A DNA stretch of 64,000 bases from Lama guanicoe (lineage: Eukaryota), in NCBI GenBank assembly GCA_013239625.1, contig MU054187.1, positions 12,565,325-12,629,324 on the forward strand, given 5' to 3'. The translations under genes and the position numbers were made by a program. The number at the start of each line of letters is the position of its first letter. The first letter of the stretch is position 1. Shown here one piece after another: positions 62,206 to 64,000 of the stretch. The notes beneath the pieces were generated by a model. The model was not told the DNA's origin. It saw only the letters and a list, made by a program, of their open reading frames with translations, and made no database searches.

Positions 62206-64000
62206 GCCTTGCCTACAAAACGCTTAGTTAATTCCTGCTGCATTTTATTGAAAATAAAACCAGAGAGGTTAATGGGGGAAAGCCAGGATACGGGGGTGGG
62301 AAAAGGAAGTGACTGTGGGTGCAGTGGCATTTTTCACAGGAGGGTTGCATATTTGGATTAAAATGTAAGGAACTGTGGCCAGGCAGTTAGAGGATGAGCC
62401 AGTTAGCCAGCTAGAGGGAATTTCCACTGAACTTGGGAACACAGATTACTACAAAGATTAATTTAAAGACTAACCAGTCTTTCCTTGTCTCTGGCTGATG
62501 GAATAATGGAAAGAAATTTTGCATTCTAACAATAGAACAATTCTCTTCTAAAACTGGAGTGTGAAATTTAAAGAAATAATAAGAATAATAGTGAACATGT
62601 ATTATACTCATCCTAAGTATGAACCACTTTTCATGCATTATTTTTAACCTCACAACGTCCTTATAATGTAGTTATAAATAAAAATAAAAGAAATCAAGTA
62701 TCACTGAGATTAAATGAGTTTCCCTAGGCTGACAGGTCCATCTTGATCTTGAGTCTTCATTCTTTCACTCTGTCTTGCTGTCTCGAAGGAAAATATTTGA
62801 CATCTTTCCTTACCCACTACAGGTTACTGTGTGATCTGAAAATAAAAGCCTTAAAACTGTATTTTAAGAGTGATCATCCTGCATATCAGGTTAGAGGTAC
62901 TGGTAAGGGTACACAGCATGGTAGAGTAAATCTCAGATAGGAGAAACCTTTCCTGACCTTACGCTAGTGTGGTCTGGAAACAGGGCACAAGAGGGGACCA
63001 TGTCTGCCTCAAAGTCGCTGAGTGGTTTTAGAGAAATCATGTGACCTCGCTGGCCCCCAATTTTCATGTCTCTCTTGTTTTAAACTCAGCTCCTAATGTA
63101 GTGCTTGGCAGATGATAGGATTAAAAATGATATAGGATATAAATGAGGAAGCTTGGATTGATAATTCTTAGAATTTTTTTCAGTTCTAAATTCTGTGATT
63201 CAGGCATAGTAATTTTGGTTTTTTATTCTTTCAGTGAGGAAAATCGTGCTAATCTCTTTTGCAAGGTTATCATTAGAATTAACTAGTATGATATTTTCCA
63301 AGATATGGAGGTCCTACAGAAAAAGATAAGACAACATCTTCTTTCCTTTCAAATAGTTATGATAACTTTTATTAATATTTTGCATTGATCAAATACTACA
63401 ATTATGTCAGTACTATAGGAAAAACAGAACCTTCCTAGCAGGTTCATAATCTGAATACAATTCCAAAGCACTAGTATTTGTGACTGGGTTTAGAAATGAC
63501 TACATGCCAATGTTTGAGAGTCTAGTCCCATATACTGTAGCACAGGAAAGAATTAGACTGTCATCAGCTCAGACATGGCCAGAGGGAATAAAGTTCTCTA
63601 AAAGCCTGTTCTATTAGTGGGGCTTTTGCATTGCTTTTTATCTTCGTGGTTTGGAATGGCAGCCACCATTTTGTGGTCTCAAAAAATATGGAAGGCCGGT
63701 GCTTTGTGCTCTAGGCTGGTAATTTGCTGTGAGGCGGGTCAGTCATCCATCCTGGCTCTCAGTTTGTCTGCTTTTGAAAAGTTGATAGTGGCATTTCAAC
63801 TGTTAGATTATTGTGGAGATTCGTAATAAATGACTATAGAATAATGTGAGAAAGTTCTATTTCTATGACAACTATGTGGATATTACCTATTTTCTAAGCC
63901 TGTGAAAAGATCAAAATAAATTAGAAGCTTAGAGTTACTAAAATGTTCCAAGTGGAACTTGGGACACATGATTTTATCACTCATTTTCCTTTGCTGAAAG

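Overview
Mammalian (eutherian) genomic DNA, very probably camelid (alpaca/camel). Support: a tRNA-Ala-derived Vic-1-type SINE, camelid-type L1 3' ends, and no Alu, CHR/Bov, PRE-1 or Can-SINE seen. The only protein-coding sequence I can support is the terminal coding exon of XKR9 (2802-3430, +), intact and keeping its DEID|G caspase site. The remaining ~60 kb is non-coding. From recalled mammalian synteny it is the start of the gene desert leading to EYA1, which is not in the window. A large part is fossil transposons: L1 of several ages, HAL1, L2, CR1/L3, MIR, MLT1/MLT2 LTRs, hAT Zaphod/Cheshire/MER5A and Tigger. Repeat-poor AT-rich blocks carry candidate CTCF sites and enhancer-like motif clusters. 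I find no evidence for a novel gene system. The most notable observations are: (1) a poly(A)-less 5'-half tRNA-Glu retrocopy with a perfect 12-bp TSD that creates a CTCF-like motif; (2) two different L1 3' ends in tandem inside one TSD; (3) three twin-priming L1 inversions; (4) a four-level nested transposon cluster; (5) a short interstitial TTAGGG array; (6) a cluster of SIX/MEF3-like motifs. Repeat family names come from recalled consensus sequences, not a database search. Boundaries are approximate unless a TSD fixes them.
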